A DNA stretch of 64,000 bases from Qipengyuania sp. (GTDB lineage: Bacteria > Pseudomonadota > Alphaproteobacteria > Sphingomonadales > Sphingomonadaceae), in contig JAIETR010000008.1 of NCBI GenBank assembly GCA_019745075.1, forward strand, positions 2,063-66,062. The letters run 5' to 3'. The notes beneath the pieces were generated by a model that made no database searches, was not told where the DNA came from, and saw nothing but the letters and a program-made list of their open reading frames with translations. How positions within the stretch are numbered: the stretch's first letter is position 1; each line of letters opens with the position of its first letter. A program made the translations under genes and the position numbers. Below, one piece after another: positions 22,664 to 32,160 of the stretch.

Positions 22664-23440
22664 CTAGTTCTTTTTCTGGCCGAGCAGGCGGCCCCACAGT
22701 GAGGGTTTTGCGCTGGTCGGGGGCCGCGAAACTTCTGCGCCTACGACGAAAGTTTCCCAGCCATCGTAGACCACTCCAAACTCTTCGGCAGTTTCCAGCA
22801 ACAACGGCGTGAGATCGCGAAAGCTGGTCATGTCGGCTGACGATTCAATCGTGAGTACGACGCCAAAGGGATCTTCCAGCCAGTGATCGACAGCAAACCC
22901 GACACCCAAAAGGCGCTTCACCGCCTGATCAAGCCCCTGACGTTCGCCATAGAGCCAGAAATCGATCTTCCTAGGGATAGCGCCATCGTCTCCTTGCTCG
23001 GCAAGGCTCGCCATCACGCCGCGATCACCGTTAAATTGGGTGTCGAGTTTGGTCGGTGAGACGAAGTCTTGATAAACGTCAAAGTCCAGGTCACTAAACT
23101 CTGACAGAAGTGCAACGTCGCTCGGAATGGTGCTTAGGATCGCGGCAAGATCCAAATCTGTGTCTGCCGCCACATACAGCACTCGCCTCCCATCGCCCGT
23201 CGCAGAGGCCGTATGGAACGCGGGAACACCTGAATTCGCGATCGTCGCGATGATCGTATCCTCAAGAGCGTGGAGGTCATCTAAGCAACTCGGGAAACCG
23301 TCGTCACGAACATGCTGCGGAAGCACATCACAGATTACAGCAACGACCCCGTGGGCCGCGGCGAAGCTCGTAACTGTTGGGTTGATCCGGGACCGAACAA
23401 TAAGAGACAAGTTCTCAGCTGAGACGCGCTCCAAAAGCAT
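22664..23440 (-). CDS. DUF695 / RraB (RNase E inhibitor B)-like two-domain protein (start uncertain)
   Basis: Lower-GC ORF. The C-terminal part (PRKIDFWLYGERQGLDQAVKRLLGVGFAV...) resembles the RraB fold. Its stop abuts the carB start codon. Confidence 0.55.
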   Translation of the reverse strand: MLLERVSAENLSLIVRSRINPTVTSFAAAHGVVAVICDVLPQHVRDDGFPSCLDDLHALEDTIIATIANSGVPAFHTASATGDGRRVLYVAADTDLDLAAILSTIPSDVALLSEFSDLDFDVYQDFVSPTKLDTQFNGDRGVMASLAEQGDDGAIPRKIDFWLYGERQGLDQAVKRLLGVGFAVDHWLEDPFGVVLTIESSADMTSFRDLTPLLLETAEEFGVVYDGWETFVVGAEVSRPPTSAKPSLWGRLLGQKKN

Positions 23441-23481
23441 CCAGCGATCGTCGTCGCCAGCGACTGACAGATCCAAATCAC

Positions 23482-24738
23482 TCACCCCAACATCCCCACG
23501 AACTTCTCGAACAGATAAAAACTGTCCTGTGGGCCGGGGCTCGCCTCCGGATGGTATTGGACGCCGAACGCCCGTTTCCCCGTGATCGAAATCCCGCAAT
23601 TGGTGCCGTCGAAGAGCGAGACGTGGGTTTCCTCGACGCCGGGCGGCAGGGTCGCGTTATCGACCGCGAAGCCGTGGTTCATGCTGGTGATCTCGACCGC
23701 GCCGTCCGCCAGGCGCTTCACCGGATGATTGGCGCCGCGGTGGCCCTGGTGCATCTTGGCGGTCCTGGCCCCGGCGGCGAGGCCGAGCATCTGGTGGCCG
23801 AGGCAGATGCCGAACAGCGGCAAATCCGCCTCCAGCAGGCCCTTGATCACCGGCACCGCGTATGTCCCCGTCGCCGCCGGATCCCCGGGGCCGTTGGAGA
23901 GAAAAACGCCATCGGGATTCAGCGCCATGATCTCCGCCAGCGAGGTGCGCGCGGGCACCACCGTCACCTTCGCGCCGGCCCGAGCGAGGTCGCGGAAGAT
24001 GTTGTCCTTCGAGCCATAGTCGATGGCGACGACGTGGGGCTTCTTCTCCCCCTCCCCTTCAGGGGAGGGGGTCGGGGGGAGGGGGCTGTCGTCGGAGCCG
24101 CGACTTGCAACAGGCCCCACCCCAACCCCTCCCCTGAAGGGGAGGGGCTTTTCGGCATACCCCTTGCCGAGCGTCCAGGCGCCGCCGCCCCACGCCTCCT
24201 GTTCCTGGCGCGTCACCTTAGGCACGAGGTCGAGCCCCTCCAGCCCGCTCCATTCCCGCGCCTGCCGCCGCAACGCCTTGAGGTCGAACTCGCCCCTGGG
24301 GTCGTGCGCGATCGCCACATTGGGCGCGCCCTCGAGTCGGACCTTGCGGGTCAAGGCGCGGGTGTCGACCCCCGCCAGTCCGATCTTGCCCTGGCCCTTG
24401 AGCCAGTCGCCGAACTCTTGCCTTGCGCGGAAGCTCGAATGGGGCGTGATCGTCTCGCGCACCACGCAGCCGACCGCGCCCAGCCCCTTGCTTTCGACGT
24501 CCTCGGGGTTCGCCCCGACATTGCCGATATGCGGGAAGGTGAAGCAGACCACCTGCGCATCGTAGGAGGGATCGGTCATCACCTCCTGGTAGCCGGTCAT
24601 GGCGGTGTTGAAGCACAGCTCGCCCACCGCCTGCCCCTCGTGCCCGAAGCCCTGGCCCCAGATCACCGTGCCGTCCGCGAACACGAGCACGCCCGTGGCT
24701 CCGGGAGGTTGCGCGTGCGGAGAGGCGGATCGGGCCAT
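23482..24738 (-). CDS. carA: Carbamoyl-phosphate synthase small (glutaminase) subunit, carrying a 33-codon repeat-derived insertion in the interdomain linker
   Basis: GVLVFADGTVIWGQGFG..., GATase motif PLFGICLGHQML, HRGANHP. At 418 aa it is longer than typical CarA. Confidence 0.95.
   Translation of the reverse strand: MARSASPHAQPPGATGVLVFADGTVIWGQGFGHEGQAVGELCFNTAMTGYQEVMTDPSYDAQVVCFTFPHIGNVGANPEDVESKGLGAVGCVVRETITPHSSFRARQEFGDWLKGQGKIGLAGVDTRALTRKVRLEGAPNVAIAHDPRGEFDLKALRRQAREWSGLEGLDLVPKVTRQEQEAWGGGAWTLGKGYAEKPLPFRGGVGVGPVASRGSDDSPLPPTPSPEGEGEKKPHVVAIDYGSKDNIFRDLARAGAKVTVVPARTSLAEIMALNPDGVFLSNGPGDPAATGTYAVPVIKGLLEADLPLFGICLGHQMLGLAAGARTAKMHQGHRGANHPVKRLADGAVEITSMNHGFAVDNATLPPGVEETHVSLFDGTNCGISITGKRAFGVQYHPEASPGPQDSFYLFEKFVGMLG
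24049..24147. repeat. 99-bp palindromic element inside carA: two 22-nt hairpins (CCCCTCCCC-TTCA-GGGGAGGGG and its exact reverse complement) flanking a GC-rich spacer
   Basis: Read directly; encodes PLPFRGGVGVGPVASRGSDDSPLPPTPSPEGEGE in the carA frame. Confidence 0.8.
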
Positions 24739-24880
24739 GGGCGCTCCGTGTCGGGTTTGCGGCGATGTGTGCTAAGTGGCGGGCGCTATAGGCCCCCTCC
24801 CCCCGCGTCAACTGGCGGGGTTGGTTTTGCGGCGGGCGGGCCTATGGGAACGGCAACCCATCCACAGAATAGACCGCACC

Positions 24881-25333
24881 ATGATCCGCGACACCATCAA
24901 GACCGCCACCGTCACCGCCATGAAAGCGGGCGACAAGCAGCGCACCGCCGCGCTCCGCCTGATCGGCGCCAAGATCAAGGACCGCGACATCGAGCTGCGC
25001 ACCGCTTCGCAGAAGCCCGAGGACGACGCTCTGGTGGTCGAGGTGCTGATGAAGATGGCCAAGCAGCGCCGCGAATCGATCGGGATGTTCGAAAGCGGCG
25101 GCCGCACCGAGCTCGCCGACCAGGAGAAGGGCGAACTCGCGGTGATCGAGGAGTTCCTGCCCCAGCAGATGAGCGAAGCCGAGACCCGCGCCGCCATCGC
25201 CGCGATCAAGGCCGAGCTGGGCGCGACCAGCGTCAAGGACATGGGCCGCGTCATGGCGGAGCTGAAGGCGCGCCACGCCACCAGCCTCGACATGAGCAAG
25301 GCGAGCGGGCTGGTGAAGGAGGCGCTGTCCTGA
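24881..25333 (+). CDS. GatB/YqeY domain protein
   Basis: MIRDTIKTATVTAMKAGDKQRTAALRLI...KDMGRVMAELK is a typical YqeY. Confidence 0.85.
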   Translation: MIRDTIKTATVTAMKAGDKQRTAALRLIGAKIKDRDIELRTASQKPEDDALVVEVLMKMAKQRRESIGMFESGGRTELADQEKGELAVIEEFLPQQMSEAETRAAIAAIKAELGATSVKDMGRVMAELKARHATSLDMSKASGLVKEALS

Positions 25334-26022
25334 TGCGGCTTTCGGTGCTTCCCGCGCTGGCGCTGTTCGCCGGGTGCTCGGCCGAGCCCGCGCCGGAGGC
25401 CGCCCCCTCGCCGACACCCACGCTCGCCGCGCCGCGTACGCTGGTCGCCGCCGATTTCGACCCAGCGATGCTCGGCGCGCATGTCGCCGGCATGGAACCG
25501 ACCAATGTCGAGGTGGGCGACGGAGTGGCGCGGGTAACCGCCTTCGTGGCCTGTCCCAAGGGAACGATCGCCTGCGATCCCGCTTCGCTGCCCGAGGGGG
25601 CCGTGTTGACCTATGTGCTGACCATCACGCCCCGGGCGCATGAGCAGCCCCGGCCCGTTCCGTCGCCGGTTGCCTCCCCAGGCGCGGGCGAATCCCCGCT
25701 CGCGCCGGTCGAGGCGCCCGCCGAACTGGTCGGGATGACCCGCGCCGCGCCCGGCTTCGAAGGCGCGGTCGGCTTCTCCCGCGCCGAAGCGGCGGCGGCG
25801 CTGGGGGCGGAGGACGCGCTGACGGTCATGCTCGACGAGAATCGGCTGATCTGGCGGGTGACCCAGGGCAGCGGCTGGCGGGCGGGCCAACCGATCACGC
25901 TGTGGTGGCAATCGACGCGCGCGCCGGGGAAACCGGTGGCGGCGTACCGCATCGAATACGCGGGCAAACACGCCGAGGTCACGGCGCCCTTCCCGGCGGA
26001 ACAGGTGGAAAACTCGCCCTGA
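25333..26022 (+). CDS. Putative lipoprotein
   Basis: MRLSVLPALALFAGCS lipobox; in-frame end of ORF 23551..26022; ATG overlaps the preceding stop. Confidence 0.55.
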   Translation: MRLSVLPALALFAGCSAEPAPEAAPSPTPTLAAPRTLVAADFDPAMLGAHVAGMEPTNVEVGDGVARVTAFVACPKGTIACDPASLPEGAVLTYVLTITPRAHEQPRPVPSPVASPGAGESPLAPVEAPAELVGMTRAAPGFEGAVGFSRAEAAAALGAEDALTVMLDENRLIWRVTQGSGWRAGQPITLWWQSTRAPGKPVAAYRIEYAGKHAEVTAPFPAEQVENSP

Positions 26023-26024
26023 CG

Positions 26025-26102
26025 GCCTCTCGACTTCGCTCGAGGCGAACGGCAGAGTAGGTTCCTTCCAACTTCCGTTCGTGTCGAGCGAAGTCGAGAC
26101 AC
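26025..26102. repeat. Palindromic repeat copy A2 (hairpin immediately upstream of GIY-YIG gene 1)
   Basis: Arms GCCTCTCGACTTCGCTCGAGGCGAACGG / CCGTTCGTGTCGAGCGAAGTCGAGACAC. Confidence 0.85.
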
Positions 26103-26119
26103 CTGACCCGGACTGTCCT

Positions 26120-26527
26120 ATGCCCATCTGGTGCTACATCCTGAAATGCGCCGACGGGAAATATTACACCGGGCACACCGATGACCTCGAGCGGCGGTAT
26201 GCCGAACATGTTCACGGCGGATACTGCGGGTTCACGACCAGGCGAAGGCCCGTAACCTTGATCTGGGCGCAGGAGTTCGCGACCCGTTACGAAGCGCTGT
26301 CGAGCGAGCTGGTGGTGAAGAAATGGTCGCGGGCGAAAAAGGAAGCGCTGGCGGCACAGGACTGGGCAAGTTTATCGCACTTCGCCAAGCCGCCGCGCGA
26401 GCGTGTCTCGACTTCGCTCGACACGAACGGGGAGGTTAGTGCTGGATCTCAGACCTCTTCGTGTCCAGAACAACCTCCGTTCGTGTCGAGCGAAGTCGAG
26501 ACACAAAGAGCAGAACCGCCATGCTGA
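26120..26527 (+). CDS. Small GIY-YIG (URI/YhbQ-like) nuclease; the ORF continues through downstream repeat A3 and ends overlapping the dnaG start
   Basis: MPIWCYILKCADGKYYTGHTDDLERRYAEHVHG...KKWSRAKKEAL; the GIY/YYTG...R...E pattern matches the UPF0213/YhbQ family. Confidence 0.8.
   Translation: MPIWCYILKCADGKYYTGHTDDLERRYAEHVHGGYCGFTTRRRPVTLIWAQEFATRYEALSSELVVKKWSRAKKEALAAQDWASLSHFAKPPRERVSTSLDTNGEVSAGSQTSSCPEQPPFVSSEVETQRAEPPC
26403..26504. repeat. Palindromic repeat copy A3 (hairpin at the 3' end of GIY-YIG gene 1)
   Basis: Arms GTGTCTCGACTTCGCTCGACACGAACGG / CCGTTCGTGTCGAGCGAAGTCGAGACAC are exact reverse complements; the stem is extended by GGAGGTT/AACCTCC. Confidence 0.9.
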
Positions 26528-28407
26528 CCCCGCAATGGCTCGATGCGCTGCGGGCGCGAATCACGCTGTCGGCCGTGATTGGGCGAAGCGTGCGGCTGAC
26601 CAAGGCCGGCCGCGAGTTCAAGGCGTGCTGCCCGTTCCACGACGAGAAATCGCCCTCGTTCTACGTCAACGACGCCAAGGGCTTCTACCATTGCTTCGGC
26701 TGCCAGGCGCATGGGGACGCAATCCGCTGGCTGACCGATCACCAGGGCCTGGCTTTCATGGACGCGGTCAAGGAGCTGGCGGCGGAGGCCGGGCTCGAAG
26801 TGCCCGCACCCGATCCGCGCGCCGCGAAGCAGGCGGAAAGGCGCGCCGGCCTGACCGATGTCACCGAGGCGGCGCAGGCCTGGTTCGTGGAGAAGCTGCG
26901 GTCCAGCGATGGCGCGGAGGCGCGAAGCTATCTCGCGCGGCGCGGGATTTCGGATGCGACCGCGCGCGAATTCGGCTTCGGCTATGCTCCCGACGAGCGG
27001 CAGGCGCTGAAAGCCGCGCTCAGCTTCGACGAGGCCTTGCTGGTCGAGGCGGGGATGCGGATCGCGCCCGAGGAGGGAGGCAAGGAACATTACGATCGTT
27101 TCCGCGGCCGTCTGATGCTGCCGATCCACGACGCCCGCGGACAGGTCATCGCCTTCGGCGGGCGCACGCTCGCCACGGACGCCGCCAAGAACGGGGGCGG
27201 CGCGAAATATCTCAACAGCCCCGACACCCCGCTCTTCGACAAGGGGCGCACGCTCTACAACCTCCACCGCGCCGCGCCCGCCGCGCGAAGGAGCGGGCGG
27301 ATGGTGGTGGTCGAAGGCTACATGGACGCGATCGCGCTGGCGCAGGCGGGAATCGCCGAGGCGGTGGCGCCGATGGGCACCGCGCTGACCGAGCACCAGA
27401 TCGAGCTGCTGTGGCGCCAGGTCGAGCGCCCGATCCTGTGCCTCGACGGCGACGCGGCGGGCCAGCGCGCGGCGATGAAGGCCATCGCCCGCGCGCTGCC
27501 GCTGCTGCGCCCCGGCCATAGCCTTGGCATCGTGCGCCTGCCCGCCGGGCTCGATCCCGACGATCTGATTCGCCAGCAGGGCGCGGGCGCGATCGAGGCG
27601 TTGCTCGCCGCGCCCCAGCCGCTCGCCGATGCGCTGTGGCAGTTCGAACGCTCGGCCAGCCCGCTCGCCTCGCCCGAGGACAAGGCCGGGCTCAAGGCGC
27701 GCTTGCTCGAACTCGTCGACACTATCCAGCACCCCGACATTCGCGCGCTCTATCGCCGCGACCTGCTCGAGAAATTCTCCGCCTTCGCCTTCCCGCCGCG
27801 TCCCGCACGCGAGTGGAAGCCCGGCCAGCGCCATGCCGAAGCGCCGCGGCGATCCTCGCCCGCGATCACCGCGCGGCTCCAGCAGCTGGCGCGCGGCGGC
27901 GCGAGAGACAGTTTCGCCGCCGCGGTCCTGGCGGGTCTGGCGCGCCATCCGCGCGAAATCGCGCGCCACGAGGAGGCGCTGCTGAGCCTCGCCCGGCGTG
28001 ACAGAAATGTCGCCCCCGCGATCGATGCGTTGCTCGAGCTGTCGGAATCGCTTGATTCGCGGGACACATCGCCCATATCGGGGGCAATCGGCCTGCCTGC
28101 CCTACCGGACAGAAATCGCTATGCCTTCCTCCATGAAGGCACTTCTCCGGACGAAGCGCGCGAGGATTTGGCCGAGGCCGTGTCGCTGCTGGTCGAGAGG
28201 CCCGCGCTGGAAGCCGCGCTCGCGGCCGCCACCGCGCGTTTCGAGCACGACCCGGAAGGCTCGATCGCCGAACAGGGCGGCCTGCGCGAGCGGCTGCTGG
28301 CCCTGGAAGCGCGGTTGAAGCGTTTCGGGCGCAAGCGCGCCGCCACGGCCCGCCAACCTCTTTGTGCTCCCCCCGCCCCGGCGGCGGAAGCGCCCGCTAC
28401 GGATTGA
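26521..28407 (+). CDS. dnaG: DNA primase
   Basis: [20 protein letters not shown]..., zinc ribbon [14 protein letters not shown]...[25 protein letters not shown]. Confidence 0.95.
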   Translation: MLTPQWLDALRARITLSAVIGRSVRLTKAGREFKACCPFHDEKSPSFYVNDAKGFYHCFGCQAHGDAIRWLTDHQGLAFMDAVKELAAEAGLEVPAPDPRAAKQAERRAGLTDVTEAAQAWFVEKLRSSDGAEARSYLARRGISDATAREFGFGYAPDERQALKAALSFDEALLVEAGMRIAPEEGGKEHYDRFRGRLMLPIHDARGQVIAFGGRTLATDAAKNGGGAKYLNSPDTPLFDKGRTLYNLHRAAPAARRSGRMVVVEGYMDAIALAQAGIAEAVAPMGTALTEHQIELLWRQVERPILCLDGDAAGQRAAMKAIARALPLLRPGHSLGIVRLPAGLDPDDLIRQQGAGAIEALLAAPQPLADALWQFERSASPLASPEDKAGLKARLLELVDTIQHPDIRALYRRDLLEKFSAFAFPPRPAREWKPGQRHAEAPRRSSPAITARLQQLARGGARDSFAAAVLAGLARHPREIARHEEALLSLARRDRNVAPAIDALLELSESLDSRDTSPISGAIGLPALPDRNRYAFLHEGTSPDEAREDLAEAVSLLVERPALEAALAAATARFEHDPEGSIAEQGGLRERLLALEARLKRFGRKRAATARQPLCAPPAPAAEAPATD

Positions 28408-28414
28408 ACCACGC

Positions 28415-30463
28415 ATGGCCACCACCAGCAAGCCCACCGACGATGGCGACGCGCCGCTGATCGAGCTCAACGACGCCGATATCAAGAAGCTGATCGCGAA
28501 GGCCAAGAAGAAGGGCTACGTCACCTATGACGAGCTCAATTCGGCGCTGCCGCAGGGCGAGATGAGCTCCGATCAGATCGAGGACATCCAGTCCGCGCTC
28601 AGCGACATGGGCGTCCAGATCGTCGAGAGCGACGAGGAAGGCGAGGCCGAGGGCGACCGCGACGACGAGGTCGAGGAGGTCTCCGCCGGCGACGATGGCG
28701 AGGACGAGGATGCCGGGGGCTCCGAACGCAAGCCGACCACCAATGTCACCCGCAAGCTCGCCGCGGGCGAGCGCACCGACGATCCGGTGCGCATGTACCT
28801 GCGCGAGATGGGCGCGGTCGAACTGCTGAGCCGCGAGGGCGAGATCGCGATCGCCAAGCGCATCGAGGCCGGGCGCGACATGATGATCATGGGGCTGTGC
28901 GAAAGCCCGATCACCTTCCACGCCATCATCCAGTGGTCCGACGCGCTCAACGCCGGCGAGATGCAGTTGCGCGAAATCCTCGACCTCGATGCGATGCTTT
29001 CCAAGGAGCCGCCCGCCGACAAGATGGCGGACGACGCCGAGGAAGAGGACGACGACGGCGAGATCTCCGAAGCCACCGCCGGCCCGACCATCCGCGAAGA
29101 GGAAGAGGTCGAGGACGAGCCCGCGCAGCGCGACGAGGACGACGAGGATGGCGAGGCTCCGCCGCCGCGGCGCGAGGAGGACGAGGAAGAAGACAACACC
29201 ATGTCGCTCGCCCAGATGGAGGCGGCATTGAAGCCCGAGGCGCTCGAGCGCTTCGCGCGCATCGCCGACTATTTCGGCAAGTTCGAAAAGCAGCAGGCCG
29301 AGCGGGTCGAGGTGCTCGGCCGCGGCGAGATTTACCCTCCCGCCAAGGAGAGGAAGTACGAAACGCTGCGCGAACAGCTCACCGCCGAGGTCGAGAGCGT
29401 GCAGTTCCACGCGACCAAGATCGAGTTCCTGGTCGACAACCTCTATGCCTTCAACCGCCGGCTGACCGCGCTGGGCGGGCAGATGCTGCGCCTGGCCGAG
29501 CGCCACAAGGTCAAGCGCGGCGAATTCCTCGACGCCTATATCGGCAACGAGCTCGACGAGGGCTGGCTGACCGATCGCGCCGGCAAGGACAAGAAATGGG
29601 CCGCCTTCGCCGACAAGGAGGGCGATGCGATCGAGCGCATCCGCCTCGAGATCAGCGACATCGCCAGCCAGACCGGCATGTCGCTCCCCGAGTTCCGCCG
29701 CATCGTCAACATGGTCCAGAAGGGCGAGCGCGAGGCGCGCATCGCCAAGAAGGAAATGGTCGAGGCGAACCTGCGCCTGGTGATTTCGATCGCCAAGAAA
29801 TACACCAACCGGGGCCTGCAATTCCTCGACCTGATCCAGGAGGGCAACATCGGGCTGATGAAGGCGGTCGACAAGTTCGAATACCGCCGCGGCTACAAGT
29901 TCAGCACCTATGCCACCTGGTGGATTCGCCAGGCGATCACCCGCTCGATCGCCGATCAGGCGCGCACCATCCGCATCCCGGTCCACATGATCGAGACGAT
30001 CAACAAGCTGGTCCGCACCAGCCGCCAGTTCCTCCACGAGGAAGGCCGCGAGCCCACCCCCGAGGAGATGGCGCAGCGCCTGTCGATGCCGCTCGAGAAA
30101 GTCCGCAAGGTGATGAAGATCGCCAAGGAGCCGATCAGCCTCGAAACCCCGATCGGCGACGAGGAGGACAGCCACCTCGGCGATTTCATCGAGGACAAGA
30201 ACGCGGTCATCCCCGTCGACGCCGCGATCCAGGCGAACCTCAAGGAAACCGTGACCCGCGTCCTCGCCAGCCTGACCCCGCGCGAGGAGCGCGTGCTGCG
30301 CATGCGCTTCGGCATCGGCATGAACACCGACCACACTTTGGAAGAGGTCGGCCAGCAGTTCAGCGTGACGCGCGAGCGGATCAGGCAAATCGAGGCAAAA
30401 GCGCTGCGCAAGCTGAAGCATCCGTCGCGGTCGCGGAAGATGCGCAGTTTCCTGGATCAGTAG
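28415..30463 (+). CDS. rpoD: RNA polymerase primary sigma factor (sigma-70)
   Basis: Acidic non-conserved region, then regions 2-4 ([32 protein letters not shown]...; [23 protein letters not shown]). Confidence 0.95.
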   Translation: MATTSKPTDDGDAPLIELNDADIKKLIAKAKKKGYVTYDELNSALPQGEMSSDQIEDIQSALSDMGVQIVESDEEGEAEGDRDDEVEEVSAGDDGEDEDAGGSERKPTTNVTRKLAAGERTDDPVRMYLREMGAVELLSREGEIAIAKRIEAGRDMMIMGLCESPITFHAIIQWSDALNAGEMQLREILDLDAMLSKEPPADKMADDAEEEDDDGEISEATAGPTIREEEEVEDEPAQRDEDDEDGEAPPPRREEDEEEDNTMSLAQMEAALKPEALERFARIADYFGKFEKQQAERVEVLGRGEIYPPAKERKYETLREQLTAEVESVQFHATKIEFLVDNLYAFNRRLTALGGQMLRLAERHKVKRGEFLDAYIGNELDEGWLTDRAGKDKKWAAFADKEGDAIERIRLEISDIASQTGMSLPEFRRIVNMVQKGEREARIAKKEMVEANLRLVISIAKKYTNRGLQFLDLIQEGNIGLMKAVDKFEYRRGYKFSTYATWWIRQAITRSIADQARTIRIPVHMIETINKLVRTSRQFLHEEGREPTPEEMAQRLSMPLEKVRKVMKIAKEPISLETPIGDEEDSHLGDFIEDKNAVIPVDAAIQANLKETVTRVLASLTPREERVLRMRFGIGMNTDHTLEEVGQQFSVTRERIRQIEAKALRKLKHPSRSRKMRSFLDQ

Positions 30464-30495
30464 GGGCGCTGGAAATTATCCTCGCGCTGCGCTAG

Positions 30496-30723
30496 ATGCA
30501 AACCGTGGCAACGGCGCATAACCCCAAGGCTGTCCCTGAGGCCTTGATCCGCAAGATCGGCGCTCTGCCGCGCGCCCGCGTGGCCGAGGTCGAGGATTTC
30601 GTGGACTTCATCGGCCAGCGCGAAAGTGAAATCGCGCTCCGCACCGCCGCCCGCGACGCCAGCGCGCCCGCCTTCGCCAGAATCTGGGCAAACCCGGAAG
30701 ACGACGTCTACGATGCCCTCTGA
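30496..30723 (+). CDS. Putative antitoxin (DUF2281-like N-terminus)
   Basis: 75-aa ORF (LPRARVAEVEDFVDFIGQRE) overlapping the MazF-like toxin start by 11 nt. Confidence 0.55.
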   Translation: MQTVATAHNPKAVPEALIRKIGALPRARVAEVEDFVDFIGQRESEIALRTAARDASAPAFARIWANPEDDVYDAL

Positions 30724-31069
30724 CACCGGCGCGCTCGCGTTCGGCGATATCGTGCTCGTGCCCTTCCCCTTCACCGATCAAACCTCTGCCAAACGGCGCC
30801 CCGCGGTCGTCATCAGCGCAGAGGCGTATAACGCGCGCCATCCGGACGTGATCTTGATGCCGGTGACGAGCCAGCTTCGTGGCGATGCGCGCCCGGATGA
30901 TGTTGTGATCGATGGCTGGCAGGAAGCTGGTTTGCTCAAATCCTCCGCGATCAAGCCAGTCATCGCAACGCTCGAAGGATCGCTTGTCATTCGCCGCCTC
31001 GGAATGCTGGCCGAGCGAGATTGCAATACGCTGAGCGAGACATTGAACGCCATCGTGGGAACCGCCTGA
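30713..31069 (+). CDS. PemK/MazF-family toxin (endoribonuclease)
   Basis: [26 protein letters not shown]...VILMPVTSQ...SAIKPV.ATL is the PemK signature. Confidence 0.8.
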   Translation: MPSDTGALAFGDIVLVPFPFTDQTSAKRRPAVVISAEAYNARHPDVILMPVTSQLRGDARPDDVVIDGWQEAGLLKSSAIKPVIATLEGSLVIRRLGMLAERDCNTLSETLNAIVGTA

Positions 31070-31281
31070 CCCCGCGCGAGGGACGCGTGCTGCGCAAGCG
31101 CCCTTCGGCGCTGCTCGGGACAGGCTTCGGCATCGGCATGAACACCGACCACACGCTCGAGAAAGTGGGCCAGCAGTTCAGCGTGACGCGCGAGCGGATC
31201 AGGCAAATCGAGGCAAAAGCGCTGCGCAAGCTGAAGCACCCGAGCCGGTCGCGGAAGATGCGCAGTTTCCTGGATCAGTAG
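31065..31281 (+). pseudogene. Detached, diverged copy of the rpoD 3' end (last about 64 codons plus an 8-codon in-frame insertion)
   Basis: Aligns to 30271-30463. Most substitutions are synonymous (e.g. TCG to AGC Ser, ACT to ACG, TTG to CTC). Same stop context CTGGATCAGTAG. Confidence 0.85.
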
Positions 31282-31368
31282 GACTCCTGCGAGTCGATTA
31301 CCATAGACATTGCCGGCGCGCTTTCCGACGTACTTGACCTGGAGAACAATGGGGGTACAACCCTAGGC

Positions 31369-32160
31369 ATGAGTTCCCGCGCGCTCGACCAATTCTATAC
31401 GCAAAGAGACATTGCCGCCGGATGTGTTGCCGATGTTCGGCGTTTCCTGGCATGTCGCCCGGATAGCTGGTTGTGGATCGAGCCTTCTGCCGGAGACGGA
31501 GCGTTCCTCGAGGCCATGCCCTTTCCTCGCATTGCCATAGATGTCGCCCCCAAGAGCCGCGACGTCTCCTGCATGGATTTCCTTCTGTGGAATCCTGGCC
31601 GCGCGACGCGAAAAATGGTTTTCATAGGGAACCCGCCATTCGGAAAGAATTCTTCGCTAGCGAGGCGGTTCTTCGATCACGCGGCGCGGTTTGGCGATAT
31701 CGTGGCGTTCATTCTGCCGCGTACGTTCCAGAAGCAAGCGTTCATCGACAGGCTTCACCCCAATATGCACCTGATGTTCGAACGAGTCCTGGCGGAAGAT
31801 TCGTTCCTCTTCGAGGACGAGGTGTATCGGGTTCCGACGGTTTTCCAGATTTGGGAAAAACGGTCGCTGGCGCGGCCAAAGATCGCTCGCCGATTCAGTC
31901 ACGACCACTTCTCGTTTGTCTCGGCCTCGATCGCGGATTTCGCGTTCCAGCGAGTGGGGGCGAGGGCCGGCCTCGTGTCGCGCGAAGGGCTCGCGAAATC
32001 TCCGCAATCTCACTACTTTCTGAAGAGTCACATTGCCCCGTCAAATCTCTTCGAACGGCTCGCGGCACTGGATTGGAACGCGGTGAAGTGGCGAACCGCC
32101 GGCAATCCCAGCATCGGGAAGGGCGAACTCGTGGCGGCTTATGCACAAAGCCACGGTTGA
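31369..32160 (+). CDS. N6-adenine DNA methyltransferase (motif I before NPPF, gamma-like order)
   Basis: IEPSAGDGAFL (SAM-binding motif I) and FIGNPPFGK (motif IV); lower GC. Confidence 0.75.
   Translation: MSSRALDQFYTQRDIAAGCVADVRRFLACRPDSWLWIEPSAGDGAFLEAMPFPRIAIDVAPKSRDVSCMDFLLWNPGRATRKMVFIGNPPFGKNSSLARRFFDHAARFGDIVAFILPRTFQKQAFIDRLHPNMHLMFERVLAEDSFLFEDEVYRVPTVFQIWEKRSLARPKIARRFSHDHFSFVSASIADFAFQRVGARAGLVSREGLAKSPQSHYFLKSHIAPSNLFERLAALDWNAVKWRTAGNPSIGKGELVAAYAQSHG

Noticed and set aside
19313-22702. 1129-aa ORF on the plus strand
   Set aside because: It is exactly antisense to carB. Its composition is Arg/Ala/Gly/Asp-rich, typical of high-GC antisense frames, with no motifs. The same applies to 28397..30421 (antisense to rpoD), 14398..15888 and 14477..15877 (antisense or off-frame eno), 1655..3409 (antisense mrdA), 59763..61619 (antisense gshA) and 61312..62943 (antisense bamB).
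28990-29210. Highly acidic, repetitive GAG/GAC-rich stretch
   Set aside because: This is the normal non-conserved acidic region between sigma-70 regions 1.2 and 2 of primary sigma factors, not a tandem repeat element.
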